The position numbers were made by a program, and so were the translations under genes. Below the pieces are notes generated by a model, which was given only the letters and a program-made list of their open reading frames with translations, searched no databases and had not been told where the DNA came from. A stretch of DNA of 64,000 bases, from assembly GCF_009914755.1 (NCBI RefSeq), contig NC_060926.1; one strand, 5' to 3'. This document shows positions 13,501 through 28,300 of the stretch, one piece after another (within the stretch, counting starts at the first letter, position 1; every line of letters starts with the position of its first letter). Origin of the DNA: the human T2T-CHM13v2.0 reference genome, Homo sapiens.

Positions 13501-14029
13501 AGTGAATCCTATCAACTCTGATAGATACTGAATTCCAACTTCTTTATATTAAAAAAGATGGATTCCAGAAACTGTATCTCCTCCCCCATCCTCTTTCCAT
13601 GTATCAGTTTGTATGCCCATCTGCCTACTGAATATCCCACTAACTCCTAAATTCAAGTTGCTCTTCGATTACCACCTTCATTTCAACCCGGAGACTCTCC
13701 TCAATGTGATTATGTCTCTAAAGTAATTCATCCATTCACTCACGCAAACCTTCAGAGTTAGCCAGGCAGCTGCCAGGATGTTTAGACTATCCTTCTCAGC
13801 TGCATCTGTTCCAATTTTGTCCTATCCATCTAAATGCCAACATCTTAATTTACCCCCAGTACTGCTGCACTATACTAGCACCAGATGTACCAGCCTATAA
13901 TCTAAACTGTATAGCCCATATACCACAGCCAATTCCATCCTCTAAAACACCATGCTAATAAAAGGTGCCTCTGATCAAAAAATATTCAGTAGTTCCCCAA
14001 AATTTATCAAATAAAACCTAACATACATT

Positions 14030-14165
14030 TTCTTTTCTCTACTTTTATTTTAAGTTCCAGGGTACATGGGCAGGATGTGCAGGTTTGTTACATAGGTAAA
14101 TGTGTGCCATGGTGAAGTGCGGCACATGTCAACCCATCATCTAGGTGTTAAGCCCAGTATCCATT
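14030..14165 (-). mobile_element. Old L1PA 3' stub within L2 remnants
   Basis: ACTTTTATTTTAAGTTCCAGGGTACATGGGCAGG. Confidence 0.85.
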
Positions 14166-15881
14166 ATAAACACACCTTTACATGCAGTTGAATTGTTGCG
14201 GCCTGGAGCTCAGAGATCTTGTGTTACAAATCTTAGTATCACCCTTTCCACCTAACAGGGTAATTATATAAAGCAGGCACACAATAAATGTTTGAAGAAT
14301 GAATAATAAATACAGAACAGTGATATTAAACCATCATCCTATAAAATAAAAACAGAAAGCTTTCCCTATTCATTAATAATTATATTAATCAGAATTTCTT
14401 CACATGATCCAAAACCCTTAAATTCTTAAGAAGGCTAAAAAAAGATTAGGTCAGCTGACATTATATTCCAAGCTACCTAGATAAATACCACTCAGTCAAT
14501 GCAATATACAAAGGAGCATGGCATTAAAACTGAATGAATTCATTTGTATAAACAGATAAAATGATTTATGTCCATGACATTAGCACTATATAGATTTTCA
14601 TTACATTATTTAACTTAAATTATGGTTAGTTCCAACAAAGAGCACAAAATAAAGGTTTTTATATAAGTAAATAAGTTAGACTGTTTGGAAGAGATGACTC
14701 AAGTCTCTCTATATATATTTCTCATATGTATGTCCAAACTATGCAGAAATGATTGACAGGATGGCCGAAAATTACTTCTACTCTCATAAAAGCACATATT
14801 AAACAATAATGGGAAAATAATCTCAATGCACCAACTATACATGAAAACTAGGCTGAAATCAAACCTGACAGCTCAGTCCCAAAATGCACATTCAATCTAA
14901 TAGGAAAGAGTGTCAGCAGAAAATAATTACCTGTTACCCTCACCCTGTTTTCAGCAAAATTAACACTAACGTGTTTCAAGTTGTTGTTGGAGAAAATTTC
15001 AACACACAGGTTAATCTTATCTTTAATTATAAAAAAAATGGTGCACACATTTTTAACATGCAAATTCAATCATATATGCTGAGTTTGAGGAAGTTTTGCC
15101 ACCATGGAGAAAATATCTTTCTTTTGGAACAATGGTACCAGGTGCTAATAAATGCATTTCTATTTTCGGTTGTAATTTGATTCTACCCACAAAGGAATGT
15201 GTAAGACAGAAACAAAGATAAGAGAAAATTACATCTAAGTGTTGTTTAGTTTTAGCATTAACTATCTGGATACATATGAATATTTGTATAAAAAGAATTC
15301 TAACTTTACAAATATATGAGGAAGCATCATATTTGCATAGTATTTTATAGTTTATAAAGCATTTTACAGGTGTTGCCACACTCTTCCTACAAAACTTTCA
15401 GGGCTATTACATTGGCGTGATACTATAATATTATAATGCCATCAAAAGTGATGTTGTAGAAGAATATTTGTGCACACAATCATATGGATGTTAATATTAG
15501 AGCAGGAATGACCCTTCAGAATGGCAGAGAACTTTCTAGTTAATTCTTTCTTGCATTTTCCTGCTACTTATTTGACATTAACTCCTTCAACGAAAATGGC
15601 TCGGTAACACAAGGCAATTGCAAAAACGTTTTGTCCTAGTTGTCATTGTTGTACCACAATAACTACCTTCCATAGAGTAAGCTCTGTGATTTCTCCCCAA
15701 ACTACCAACTTAAGTAACTGTGCCTCAAGGAGACAACATAGTACAATGCCCAAATATTATGGATAGATCTGGGCTGCCTGGGTTGAAAGTCGAAAGTTGG
15801 CTCTGCCATTTACTGTGTTCTCAGGCAAGTTTCTTAACTGTTCTCTATAGATGCATAAAATGGTGATCAGAATTTCTCCTA

Positions 15882-16316
<435 letters not shown>

Positions 16317-16513
16317 TCAGTAAATAGTACTTTATGAAAATTAAAAGTTAAAAAGTTAAACTTCACACAAAGTTTTTCTGTGTGAAGAACTCTGTGAAGG
16401 GGATTAAAAGACAAGCTACAGATTGGGAAAAACATTTACTAGCCACATTTCTGAGGACTCATATCCAAAAAAGTAAAGAACTTTCAAACTCAACAGTAAA
16501 ATATCAAACAATC

Positions 16514-16880
16514 TGTATTAGTTCATTCTCACATTGCTATGAAGAACTACCTGAGACTGGGTAATTTATGAATAAAAGAGGTTTAATTGACTCACAGTTC
16601 CACAGGCTGTACAGGAAGCATGACTGGGAGGCCTCAGGAGACTTAGAAGCATGATGAAATGGTGAAGGAGAAGCAAACACCTTCCTCACTTGGCAGAAAG
16701 GGAGAGAGAGAGCAAAGGGGGAAGTGTCACACACTTTCAAACAACCAGATCTCATGAGAACTGGCTATCATGAGAATATCAAGGGGGAACTCTACCCCCA
16801 TGATCCAATCACCTCCCACCAGGTCCTTCCCCAACAGCGGAGATTACAGTTCAACATGAGATTTGGGTGGGGAAACAGAG
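16514..16880 (-). mobile_element. MSTA-type LTR inside L1M remnants
   Basis: TGTATTAGT...ACCTGAGACTGGGTAATTTAT...GAGATTTGGGTGGGGA. Confidence 0.88.
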
Positions 16881-17744
16881 AATTGCTAGAGGAATCTATA
16901 CATGAAAACATGGCATAGAAATACACATACACATTGTACCATGTCAATTTACTGATATTACTGTTCTGTATTTATGAAAGATACAATCTTTGGGGGAAAC
17001 TGGGTAAAGGATCTCTCTGTACTAGCTTTGCATTTTCTTATGATCTTAATATAATTAATTAGGATCTTATAATCTGAAATTATTTAAAAATAAAAAAGAG
17101 AATCTGACTCATAAAAAAAAGAATATCTCCTACCTCAGAGGATTGCTTTGAGGATTAAATAAGATAATACACATAAAACATTTAGTAGGTGGCAAGTAGT
17201 AAATAGTTTTTTGGTTTTTTTTTTTTTCCTTCAAAGTGCAATGCCAAATCTATGGGTGGCATCATAAATCATGGATTATAAAGGAAGACAATGCATTTCT
17301 TGTGTTAAAACCACGGGAACCTCTCCTCATGCCTTTCTTGTTCTATGAGTGTTAGGAGGGGCACAATTGTGCAGAGAGTGGAAAGCATATTAAAGTGTAA
17401 TGAACACTAAAGCTTTTGAAATCTTTGTGAAAGCATGTCTCTTTCACAAGTAGAGTGAAGTTTACACCAAACCAAGGTTAGGTAGAGCCTGCCTCCCACA
17501 ATATGGTACATGTCATACGGCCAGTACAATCTACTGTTCAGCCAACCAATCACTGTCTCACTTTAATTAGTTGGAGGAACTTGAAGGGCCACAGTGACCG
17601 GAAAGAGGGAGATGTCTCTTAGCAGCTCTAACAGTGGAATAATGTCCTAACAAATTGACAAGTAAAAAAGCAGCTTAACAAAAATTATAGACAGCATTTT
17701 AATAAAATAATAGCAATTTTGAGTGATGAGATTATGTGAATTTT

Positions 17745-18440
17745 TGGGGGGGATAATTTTAGATTTACAGAAAAGTTGCAAAGATAGTAGAGAGAAGTTT
17801 CCATATTCCTTTGACCTAATTTCCCCTAATGTGAACATCCTATGTAACTATAGTACGTTTGTTAAAACTAAGAGATTGATATCATTACCTCTTTAATAAC
17901 TAAACTCCAGACTATTTGGATTTCACCAGTTTTTCCACTTGATGTTCTTTGTCTATTCCAGGATCCTGCGTTGCACTTAGTAGCCATGTCTCCTTAACCG
18001 ACAATTTTTAAGACTTTCTTTGTTTATCATGGCTATGATAGTTTTGAGAAGTTACTGGTCAGATATTTTGTAAACTGGCCCTCTGTTTGGATCTATCTGA
18101 TTTTTTTTCTCATTATTCAACTAGGATTATAGGTTTTTCCCATTATTAGACTGGGATTATAGGTTTTTCCCATTATTAGACTGGGATTATAGGTTTTTGA
18201 GATGGATACCAGAAAGGTGAAGTGTCCTTCTCAGTGCACCAGATCAGGGGAATTCAAGACATCAACATGACTCATCACCCATGATATTAACCATGATCAC
18301 ATGGGTGAGATGAGATCTGCCAGGTATCTCCACTGTAAATGTACTATTTTTTGCTTTCTATACCAAGATCTGAGGACGCGTGTGCTTGTTGCTGTTGGGT
18401 TGTCAGTTTCTGGGCTCTCTTAGAAGACAGAGCTAGTAAA
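17745..18440 (-). mobile_element. L1MC4-like 3' fragment
   Basis: TTTAGATTTACAGAAAAGTTGCAAAGATAGTA. Confidence 0.75.
18121..18198. repeat. 30-bp tandem repeat, 2.6 copies
   Basis: Unit CTGGGATTATAGGTTTTTCCCATTATTAGA. Confidence 0.95.
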
Positions 18441-18509
18441 AAATTATGAGTGATTTTTATTTTCCTCTTTTGTCTTGTTCATATTTTCTAAATGTTCTGC
18501 AATAAGTGT

Positions 18510-18817
<308 letters not shown>

Positions 18818-19994
18818 GGTTTCTACCTTCTTAATATTATCTTAGTAGCACTGTTCTTGTGGCACTACATGGTAATATGGTATTGTTTGTATCACCAAAA
18901 AAAGGGGGCACAGATAAAAAAAGGGACACGAATAAAAGGTTGAAGATGATGAATATGTTTATTACTTGGATTGTGGTGTTAATTTCTTGGGCTTATGCAT
19001 GCATCCAAGCTCATTAAATTGTACACATTAAAATATGTGCAGGTTTTTAATATCAATCATACCTTAATAAAGCTGCTTTAAAAATGCAATAGACCTAACA
19101 CTAGAATTTTCATTCTACAGAGTGGCTTGGCTCTCTACAGTTGTCACCGTATGTTCTTCAAAGACAACAGAAAACAAAGTCACTGGACCCCATATAAAGA
19201 TGCTAGAAATGCAGATTCAGGAAATTCCCAGTTTTCCCACTAAATCATGGGTCACAGCACCTCTCTTTTACACCACCCCACTCTGCCACTACCACAATCT
19301 TGGAGCTTAAAATAAAGATTAGATTTTTTTTCTGTCACACTATCAGGGCAACTATTTTTGAAACTCCCAGTGACAAGTAATAATGGAAGGAAGTAATAGA
19401 AACTAAAATAATATGTGGTTGGTAAATAAACCTTAATAAGGCAAAATTTAATAAATAAGCACAAAGAAAAATGTCCACTCTTACTAGTTTGTATAAATTG
19501 AAGCAACATTTATGAGGCATTTTAAAATAAGAAAAAGGCTGAGATTGTTTAACAGCTCACAACTTTCGGGGTAGTTTCTGTGGAATTTGAATACTCATTT
19601 ACTGCTGGTTGGCACTGGAAATTGGTACAACCATTTTTAGACAGCAATAGGAAAATTACCAGAACCATACAAATTTTCAAGAATTTTGATTCAAAAAATT
19701 CTTCTCCTGGGAATTAAGAAATAAATTATTCAACAACATTAAAAATCTACATGCATAAAATATTTATTTTCAAAAACCTAGAAACACCCTAAACACACAA
19801 CAATAGCAAAATGATTTAGTAAATTATAGTACATCAACTTGATGGAAAATTGTGTAGTCATTAAAATAATCATTATAAAGTAAATGCAGAAATACAGATA
19901 ATATTTATGGTTTACAGTTTGAGTAAAAAAAGAATATAGAGAAGCATGTGTTCTATGAATGTAACTGTAAAAATATCTATTCGTGTAGAAATAT

Positions 19995-20152
19995 ACCACA
20001 TTTTCTCAATTCTAAAAGGCATATTTTTAACATGTCAACAGCTATGAAATAAGGATACATCTTACAATCAATATAGACTTGTGTTTTAACTGGAAGAACT
20101 TTTTCTTAGTGGTGATAAAATAATGATACATCTTAGAGTAGATGAAAGATGA
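19995..20152. mobile_element. MER104-like TcMar fossil
   Basis: TACCACATTTTCTCAATTCTAA...CATCTTACAATC...CATCTTAGAGTAGATGAAA degenerate terminal inverted repeats. Confidence 0.65.
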
Positions 20153-21059
20153 TACTAGAAGAAAATTCACAAACATGAGACTGTTGTGTTAAACTTGAGA
20201 AATTCTAAGTGTTTCATTTTGCCTTTGTTGAAAATTAAATTTTTTTCAGCAATAACTTTTAAAGAATAACGAATGGATAGAGTTAAATGCTTTTGACAGG
20301 TGGTGGAAAATTCTAGAGGTTTATGCATCTGTAAAAAAAGTGTCATGCTCAGTGAGTAAGCCTTCTTTTAGGAGGAAGAGTATGGAAGGAATTCTAAAAG
20401 AAGGAGTCTATTTTTAGCAAGAAAGAGGAATGAAGGGAAAGGAGACTTCAAAATGTTTCCTAATCTACCTTGTGATTTCTGGGATGTAGTTTTCTTTTAA
20501 ATCTAACTTCAAAAGGATCAGGAATCTTGTGCCATGGAGAAAAATTTAGAAACTGAAAATAATTAAGTGACTGTCTTCCTGATCACCTTTCATTAAAAGT
20601 GATTCCAAATTAAATGTAATTAAATTTGGCATGACAGATTTGAAAGTGTTATACAAAAATCTTGCCAAAAACAATGATATAAATTTACATGGGGTCAAAT
20701 ATACTCCTTAGTTTTCAAAATACAAGTAAATGGTGAAGACTATAAATGTAAAAAAAAAAAAAAGTATGATTAGGAAAGCAACAGATGCCACTATATTTCG
20801 TGGTAAAATGTATTATAAGCATGTTGAGTTTTTAATCAACTATAATTAGAGTGAATAAAATAAATGAGATGTCAATAATTTATTTTTCTTTTATTTTTTC
20901 CTATAAGAACATATGAGATGAGACTTATTTAGATTTGAGGTCAAGAGTAGGTGCAACCCAGGAAGAGTAGGCTAAGTAAGAAAACTAAGTTGGAAAAATA
21001 TCTCCTAAACCTGTAATCATCAGAAACTAGAAATTCTAATTATAATTATGTGTCCCAAA

Positions 21060-21561
21060 TTATGTATCCATAGCTCACAGACTACCCATATCCATCCTCC
21101 ATTTCTTCCTCAGTGGCAGAGCTCCTGTTTTTAGGGGGGCACATAACACCAGGAACAGTATCCGCTGCAGTCTTGTGGCTAAGCTCAGGGTAATATGATA
21201 TAACCCAAAGATTTTTATGACCCGCTGGACCCCTCTTTATACCTCTTTTAAAAAGGAGCATGAGTAGACTTTCACCCTTCCTCCGTTTCCCCTGTTGTCA
21301 ACCTGCAGTTGGTATAATGGCTGGAATTTTAAGAACCGTCTCAGTTCATGAGGTTGACACAATGACTAGTAGCCAGTTTTAGGACTGATGGAGCTGAAAA
21401 GATCTTCGAACCTGATGACTCCATGGGTGTGCTCTACCAGCTTTGAATGGTTTACCCCTAGACGTCCACTACACATGACAGAGAATAAACATCTGTCTTG
21501 TTTCAGCTACAACTATTTCTAGTATTTGGTACTTACAGCTGAACCCAATTCTTAACTGACA
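21060..21561 (+). mobile_element. Old MLT1 (I/J-like) LTR
   Basis: AGAGAATAAACATCTGTCTTGTTT...TTACAGCTGAACCCAATTCTTAACTGA end. Confidence 0.6.
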
Positions 21562-21684
21562 TATCAAATATAAGCTATTTTGTTCTAGCTTTATCAAGAA
21601 CTGTTATAACATTCCTCTGAGAATATGCAGGGTTGTTTTTTTTTTTTTTTACCTAGTTTCCCAAATTGAAGAATTAATCAATAA

Positions 21685-22036
<352 letters not shown>

Positions 22037-22560
22037 CTACGCTCTGCTTTTATGGTTTGGCACGAAGGGAAAACAAGATGAGAAGGAACTTCGAAACAAA
22101 AACGATGTAGCTGGATACGGTGGCGAGGAAGAAGAGAGCCAAGAAGTGCTGGATCCTCTCTTCCCTGTCTAGTATTCATTGGGTTTTAGATGTGTCTTTG
22201 GCAGACTTGAGAGCGGGGAAGAAACCTCTTAAAGCTTTGGATTTCAGTCAGAAAACATTCTTAGTCTTGGCTCTGTGATATTAGAATCTTTCTGGAGCTA
22301 CTCTTGGATGCTTTCCATACATAATCATATAATAATCTCTACTAGGTATGACATCTTCTGGATAAAATGAGATAAAATTTGCAGAAATGTCCATTTTTAT
22401 CATTTTTGTGGGCCTGGACTTCTTGAAATAAGAAGGTTAGACATGCTTTCCCTATCAAGACTTCTCCTAAACACTGCTCTTTGTCTAGAATTCATTTTAT
22501 GACCATCCCTTCATCCCATCATTTTAAAACTTTCTGAAATTCCACTTCCTGGACACAATT

Positions 22561-22853
22561 TTTTTTTTTTTTTTAGACGGAGTCTTGCTCTGTCACCCAG
22601 GCTGGAGTGCAGTGGCGCAATCTTGGCTCAATGCAACCTCCACCTCCTGGGTTCAAGCAATTATCCTGCCTCAGCCCCCTGAGTAGCTGAGATTACAAGC
22701 ATGTGCCATCACACCTAGCTAATTTTTGTATTTTTAGTAGAGACGGGGTTTCACCATGTTGGTCAGGCTGGTCTCAAACTCCTGACCTCGTGATCTGCCT
22801 GCCTCGGCCTCCCAAAGTGCTGGGATTACAGGCGTGAGCCACTGTGCCCGGCC
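22561..22853 (-). mobile_element. AluSg-like
   Basis: TSD CCTGGACACAATT at 22548-22560 and 22854-22866. Confidence 0.94.
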
Positions 22854-24353
22854 CCTGGACACAATTCTTAAAACCATTTTCCCCTCAGCTGCCAAACAAG
22901 GTATTTCATGTGTGTGCACTTGATTATGAAAAATTCTGCTTATCTCTGAATACATTTTTGGTGCTTACTTAATGGTCAACTTCCACAGAAAAATAAACTT
23001 GGGCCTTATTTTCAACTGTTCGTTCAACTCGTGTTCAATCATTGACCATGTGCTTATCACTGTGGGTATTAAATAGATATTTTCTGAGGACAGAAGTTAT
23101 GTTTGTGGAGATGCTAAAGATAAGAATAATGCAGCACACTATGTGACTAAGAGTCAATTAATAATTAATAATGTACTCTCAATTAATAATGAAGAGTCAC
23201 TCATAAAAAATGCAAGCATGAGTTCTGTGCTTTCTACTTCATATCCAAAGCCTGCTGGAAGAAGATATTAATGGAAGACCTTTTGGGAGGTAGTCTTTCC
23301 ATTTTTTTTAGCATTTCAGATTTTACCCTGGAATCAAGCTAACCCCTCAGAAAAGGACATACTCAGCCTGAACAATATTGGCCTTTGAGATGGGACTCAT
23401 CTCTGTCACTTACTGAGGAATGATGCTAGAGTCACACAGCTGCATGTGGTTTTTTGAAGAACGTCATCCACAGCCCTTAGGGGAAGTTCCACATCAGCAA
23501 TTTGTTTAGATTTTAATCTAATGAAGTATTTGTTTTTCACCAAAATTGGTATGATTATCCTCCCTGGACATTAAAACTATATTCCAGGCCAACTTTTTGT
23601 TTTCACTTTGGCTGCCCAAAAAGGTAGAGTCCAATTTCCTGTTCATCTCTAACAACTAGTAAGACCCATCCAATAAGAATATGTATGGGTCTTATGATCT
23701 TCTCCTTCCTCCCATCTCCCAATCCCAGTCTTAACTTTCCTCTGACTTGCACTTATATTTGCTCTAATTTTAACACTTTTTTTCTCTCCTATTTACATAT
23801 CATTGTTTTGAGGTATGTGTTTGTCATTAGCAACTTAAAATAAGTTATGGAACAAGGCAAAGAATACCTGAGTATTTAAAATAAATTTAAAAATAAAATA
23901 GAAATCCAAGTTATATATAATTCAGATAAACAGTGAATGCCTTGAAGTATTCTAAGGACTTGACTCCTAAGGTCTGTGTCACCCTGCACCATGCCTGCCT
24001 GTCCAGACATGCCATCCTAATACTCTGTAGTTTTCCCACCACAAATCAGATCCTGTACAATACTCCTCTGGAAAATATCCCTCATTTTGTAGAGTTGGAA
24101 ACATTGACCAGAAAAAAAAATCACTTTTCTCCAAGGCAATTGGTAGAATTCCATACAACAAGAGCTCTTTGAGGTCATCCAGCTCTGGTTTTACCATGCT
24201 ATTGAATTGGTCTCCACAGATGACCACAAGAAAATGAGTACACTTTTGCACCAGAGCCTTTTCCAAGAAAGTTGCCATATTGACGCAGGTCTCAAATTAT
24301 AAAGTCACTTGCTTAGTTTTTAATTTGATAAGACAATTAAAAAGTTGACAATT

Positions 24354-24738
<385 letters not shown>

Positions 24739-25238
24739 TTAAACATTAACTAAGCCTCTAATATTTGCAAGCCGCTGTACAGGACTAAATATAAATATGT
24801 CATAAGTACATCACTTGAAAAGCTTATAATGGAATGAAGAAGAGTAAATGAATACTCAGAAGCCCATAAATATTACACAGATAACTCATTCTTCAAATGC
24901 TGTACAAGAAGTGTAAAGTGCTTCCATTAAGTAGAATAAGATTTCATGGAAGCCATGAATTTTAGGAGAATTCTTGTAATGTGTATAGCATATTAGCAGG
25001 TAAACAGAAGTATGACAGGCAAGGGGAAAGAATGAGCAAACGGTACCCAGCCCAAAGGTAAAGCACTTGGCTCATCATGCTGTAAAATGCTGGAGAGTAA
25101 GATTAGGGAAGAACATTGGCATAGACTGATAAAGTTTGTTCTTCAGTCCCCATATTCTCTACAGAACAGGGAAAGCCTTTACATACAGCCCTCAAATGTC
25201 ATTTCCAAGGCTGGAGACTGTGTAAGGCTAACCTAATT

Positions 25239-25275
25239 TGTGTGTGTGTGTGCGCGCGTGTGTGCGCGCGCGCGC
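25239..25275. repeat. (TG)n/(CG)n alternating purine-pyrimidine tract
   Basis: TGTGTGTGTGTGTGCGCGCGTGTGTGCGCGCGCGCGC. Confidence 0.95.
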
Positions 25276-25294
25276 TGTATTTTACATCAAAGTA

Positions 25295-25597
25295 AAACTG
25301 CCAGTCACAAAAAGACGGCTATTGTATGATTTCACCTTTATGAGATACCTAGAGTAGACAAATTCATAGAGACACAAGTAGAATGGGGGTTGTCATGAAC
25401 TGTGGGGAAGGGGGAATAAGAAGTTGTTGTTTATGGGATGCCAGAGTTTTTCATTTTCCAAAATGAAAAGAGTTCTGGAGATGGATGGTGGTGAAGGTTT
25501 CACAGTAATGTGAATGTTCTTAATGTCAATAAACCTCATACTTCAAAACGGTTAAGATGGCAAATTTTATGTTTATTTTACTACAATTATAAAAATA
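25295..25597 (+). mobile_element. L1MB 3' end
   Basis: GCCAGTCACAAAAAGAC...CAAATTCATAGAGACA...GTTCTGGAGATGGATGGTGGTGA. Confidence 0.85.
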
Positions 25598-26681
25598 AGT
25601 GTTTGAAAACCACTGATCTCAATAAACAACAAAAAAGTTTTAAAATGTTTTTGTTCTTAATTCAGTAGAAAGTGAGATATTCTTGAATGCTTCCAAGAAA
25701 AGGAGTGATGACTTCAGACATTTATTGAGAGGTTTAATCTGGAACCAGAGTGAAGGATGGATTGCAGGGGAGAAAGAGGTAGGTGGAAAATAAGTAAGAG
25801 ACTAATCCAGTTTCCTATATGGGAAGTATTTATTTAATACCTTACTGTACAGCAAATGTTGATTCTGTACCTATTATGTACACTGCATACAAAATCACAC
25901 ACAAAATCACTACTAATAAACAGAATAATTTACTAATGAAACTGAGCTTTGATAATGTTCAACAGTAACAGGTTTATGGGATACAGAAATCTATGATCAT
26001 AGCATAGTTTAACTATCTCAATCATTTCAGTTGAAAAGAAATCAAAGATTGCCAACAGTGTCTTTGGACATTTTTTTACTCTGGCAATCATAGCAGCAAG
26101 GGGTCTGGCTTTCTGAACATCAGTGAATGGAAGTGTTTACTTTAGTAAATCCAGCCCTTGCTTTCAAAATTCAAGTGATTCCCTTCTAACCCACTAAGGC
26201 TTTTGCTCTATGGCCACACATCTGAACAGGAGAAAAACCTTCAAAAAGGTGATTTCTGTCACACTCGGGACCAATCTGAAATTTAGACCTAATGCAAAAA
26301 GTAATTTATTTCATGCTTTTCCATAGTTCTATTAAAAATGCAATTAGCCTCAATCGTGCATATCCAATTCAGCAAATTTCTACTTAAAATCTACTTTGGG
26401 CACATTGTTTTAAAACATTTTGCAGTTCCAAGTTTATTTAAATGTGTTCGCTAAGGAGTCATTTGTGGATGCTGCTATCCATTTTATAGCCCCATATTAT
26501 ATGCCCTTGCATGCCTTATCACACATTCTGTCAAAGCTGACCCTCTGAAACCCTTTTAGGCTCAGCTATCCCTTACACTACATACAGGAAGGTTGATCTA
26601 AAATGTTTCAAATCTCTCCATTTGTTAAGTAATGGTGATTTACTTTGTCAATGATATTTTTTGAGAACTTAAAAAAAAACT

Positions 26682-26731
26682 CATTGTGCACATGTACCCT
26701 AAAACTTAAAGTATAATAATTTAAAAAAATG
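26682..26731 (+). mobile_element. Ultra-short young L1PA 3' stub
   Basis: CATTGTGCACATGTACCCTAAAACTTAAAGTATAATAAT plus A-rich tail; TSD A9C(C)TCA. Confidence 0.85.
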
Positions 26732-27173
26732 AAAAAAAAACCTCAAAAAATAAAATAAAAAATCTGTTCCTGCTCCCCCCACCCCCCACACACACACACA
26801 CACACTCACATGATATGTTAACATTTTTTAAATATGGGGGTTTTTTAAATCAACATTCTAAATCAAATTAAAGCCTCTTTCTCATCTACCCTCTAACCAG
26901 GTTTCTTCCCTCCTTCTTGGAAACAACTCTTACCAGTGGTTTGCTATTTAACCTCCCAGTCCATTTTGATACTTGGATACATATGCATGTATCCATAAAT
27001 ACTATATACTGTTACTTTTGTGTTGATTTTTAACATTTAAACACTTTGCATCATAAAATCATCTTGTTCTGTGATATTTTCACTTAATAGTATTTTTTGA
27101 GATCCATCCAGATTTAGGTGGAGAGGTTGTATTCATTCCTTTTTACCACTGGATTGTATTGCAGTGTATGAAC

Positions 27174-27367
27174 AAACTCTATGGTATTTATTCTCTTAGG
27201 ATATTTTATTATTGTTTTCATTTAGGTGGTTTCAAAGATTTACTTTCACAAACACTTCTGAATGAGAAGCAAACTCTACGATATTTATTCTCTTAGGATA
27301 TTTTATTATTGTTTTCATTTAGGTGGTTTCAAAGATGTACTTTCACAAACACTTCTGAATGAGAAGC
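27174..27367. repeat. 97-bp tandem duplication inside an old antisense L1ME-like fragment
   Basis: 27174-27270 versus 27271-27367, 3 mismatches. Confidence 0.95.
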
Positions 27368-28008
27368 AGCTTTGTGAAGACCCACTCATGCATTAGAAGA
27401 GTTTCTTCAGTGATTAAAGAATAAAAATATCTTTTTTAGAAAGAAGAGTTTCTTTAGGACACAGAAGTAAAACACATGTGCACTTTCTCGTGTCTGTTAA
27501 TTTGTTTTGAAACTTCCAAATCACTCTACAAAATGGCTGTATCATTTATACCTCACTTACTGTTTCAGTACTTTTCATTTTGTGATACTCTGACTGGTGA
27601 AAAATGTGACTAATTATTGTTTCCATTTGCATCCCCAAGATCACTAGTAAGGAAGCCTGAGTGAAGAAAGCCTCCGTGACTGGGACATAAAGAGATGACA
27701 GCATTGTCAGCAGCTCTGTCTTTGCAGGAACTTGTGTCATGGTGGATTGCATAACCCCAAAGGCTCAAAGAGGTGCCAGAGTAAGATCTCCAGCCTCCAA
27801 AAAGTCCTGCACATTGTACTATGTCTAGCAAGTCTTCCAGTGTTGCATAAAAATACGAAGCAAAGAACTTGCCTCCTGTGTGGAGTGACAGAGTGAAGAG
27901 CAGCCTAAGTACAACTGTCTACCCAAGAGTCACATTTAAAAACATAGAAATGTTCTGTTCAAAGCAATAGGCACCAGCATGCCTCACTGAAGTAAAAGTT
28001 TGAAATGA

Positions 28009-28300
28009 GGCCACACACAGTGGCTCATGCCTTTAATCCTAGCACTCTGGGGGCCAAGGCAGGTGGACCACTTGAGTCCAGGAGTTGGAGACCAGCCTGG
28101 GCAACACAGTGAAACCCCGTCTCTACAAAAAAAAAAAAAATACAAAAAACAGCCAGCATGGTGGCACATGCCTGTAGTCCCAGCTACCTGGGAGGCTAAG
28201 GCAAGAAGATTACTTGAGCCCAGAAGGTCAAGGCTGCAGTGAGCCATGATCACACCACTACTCCAGCCTGGGCAACAGAGTGAGATCCTGTCTCAAAAAA
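28009..28300 (+). mobile_element. AluJ
   Basis: CTTGAGCCCAG and GGTCAAGGCTGCAGTGAGCCATGATC; TSD AAAAGTTTGAAATG at 27994-28007 and 28301-28314. Confidence 0.93.

Noticed and set aside
22059-22172. Coding-looking stretch GTKGKQDEKELRNKNDVAGYGGEEEESQEVLDPLFPV with several CpGs
   Set aside because: Only 37 codons, no in-frame start or convincing acceptor, and no protein recognised; a tBLASTn search would settle it.
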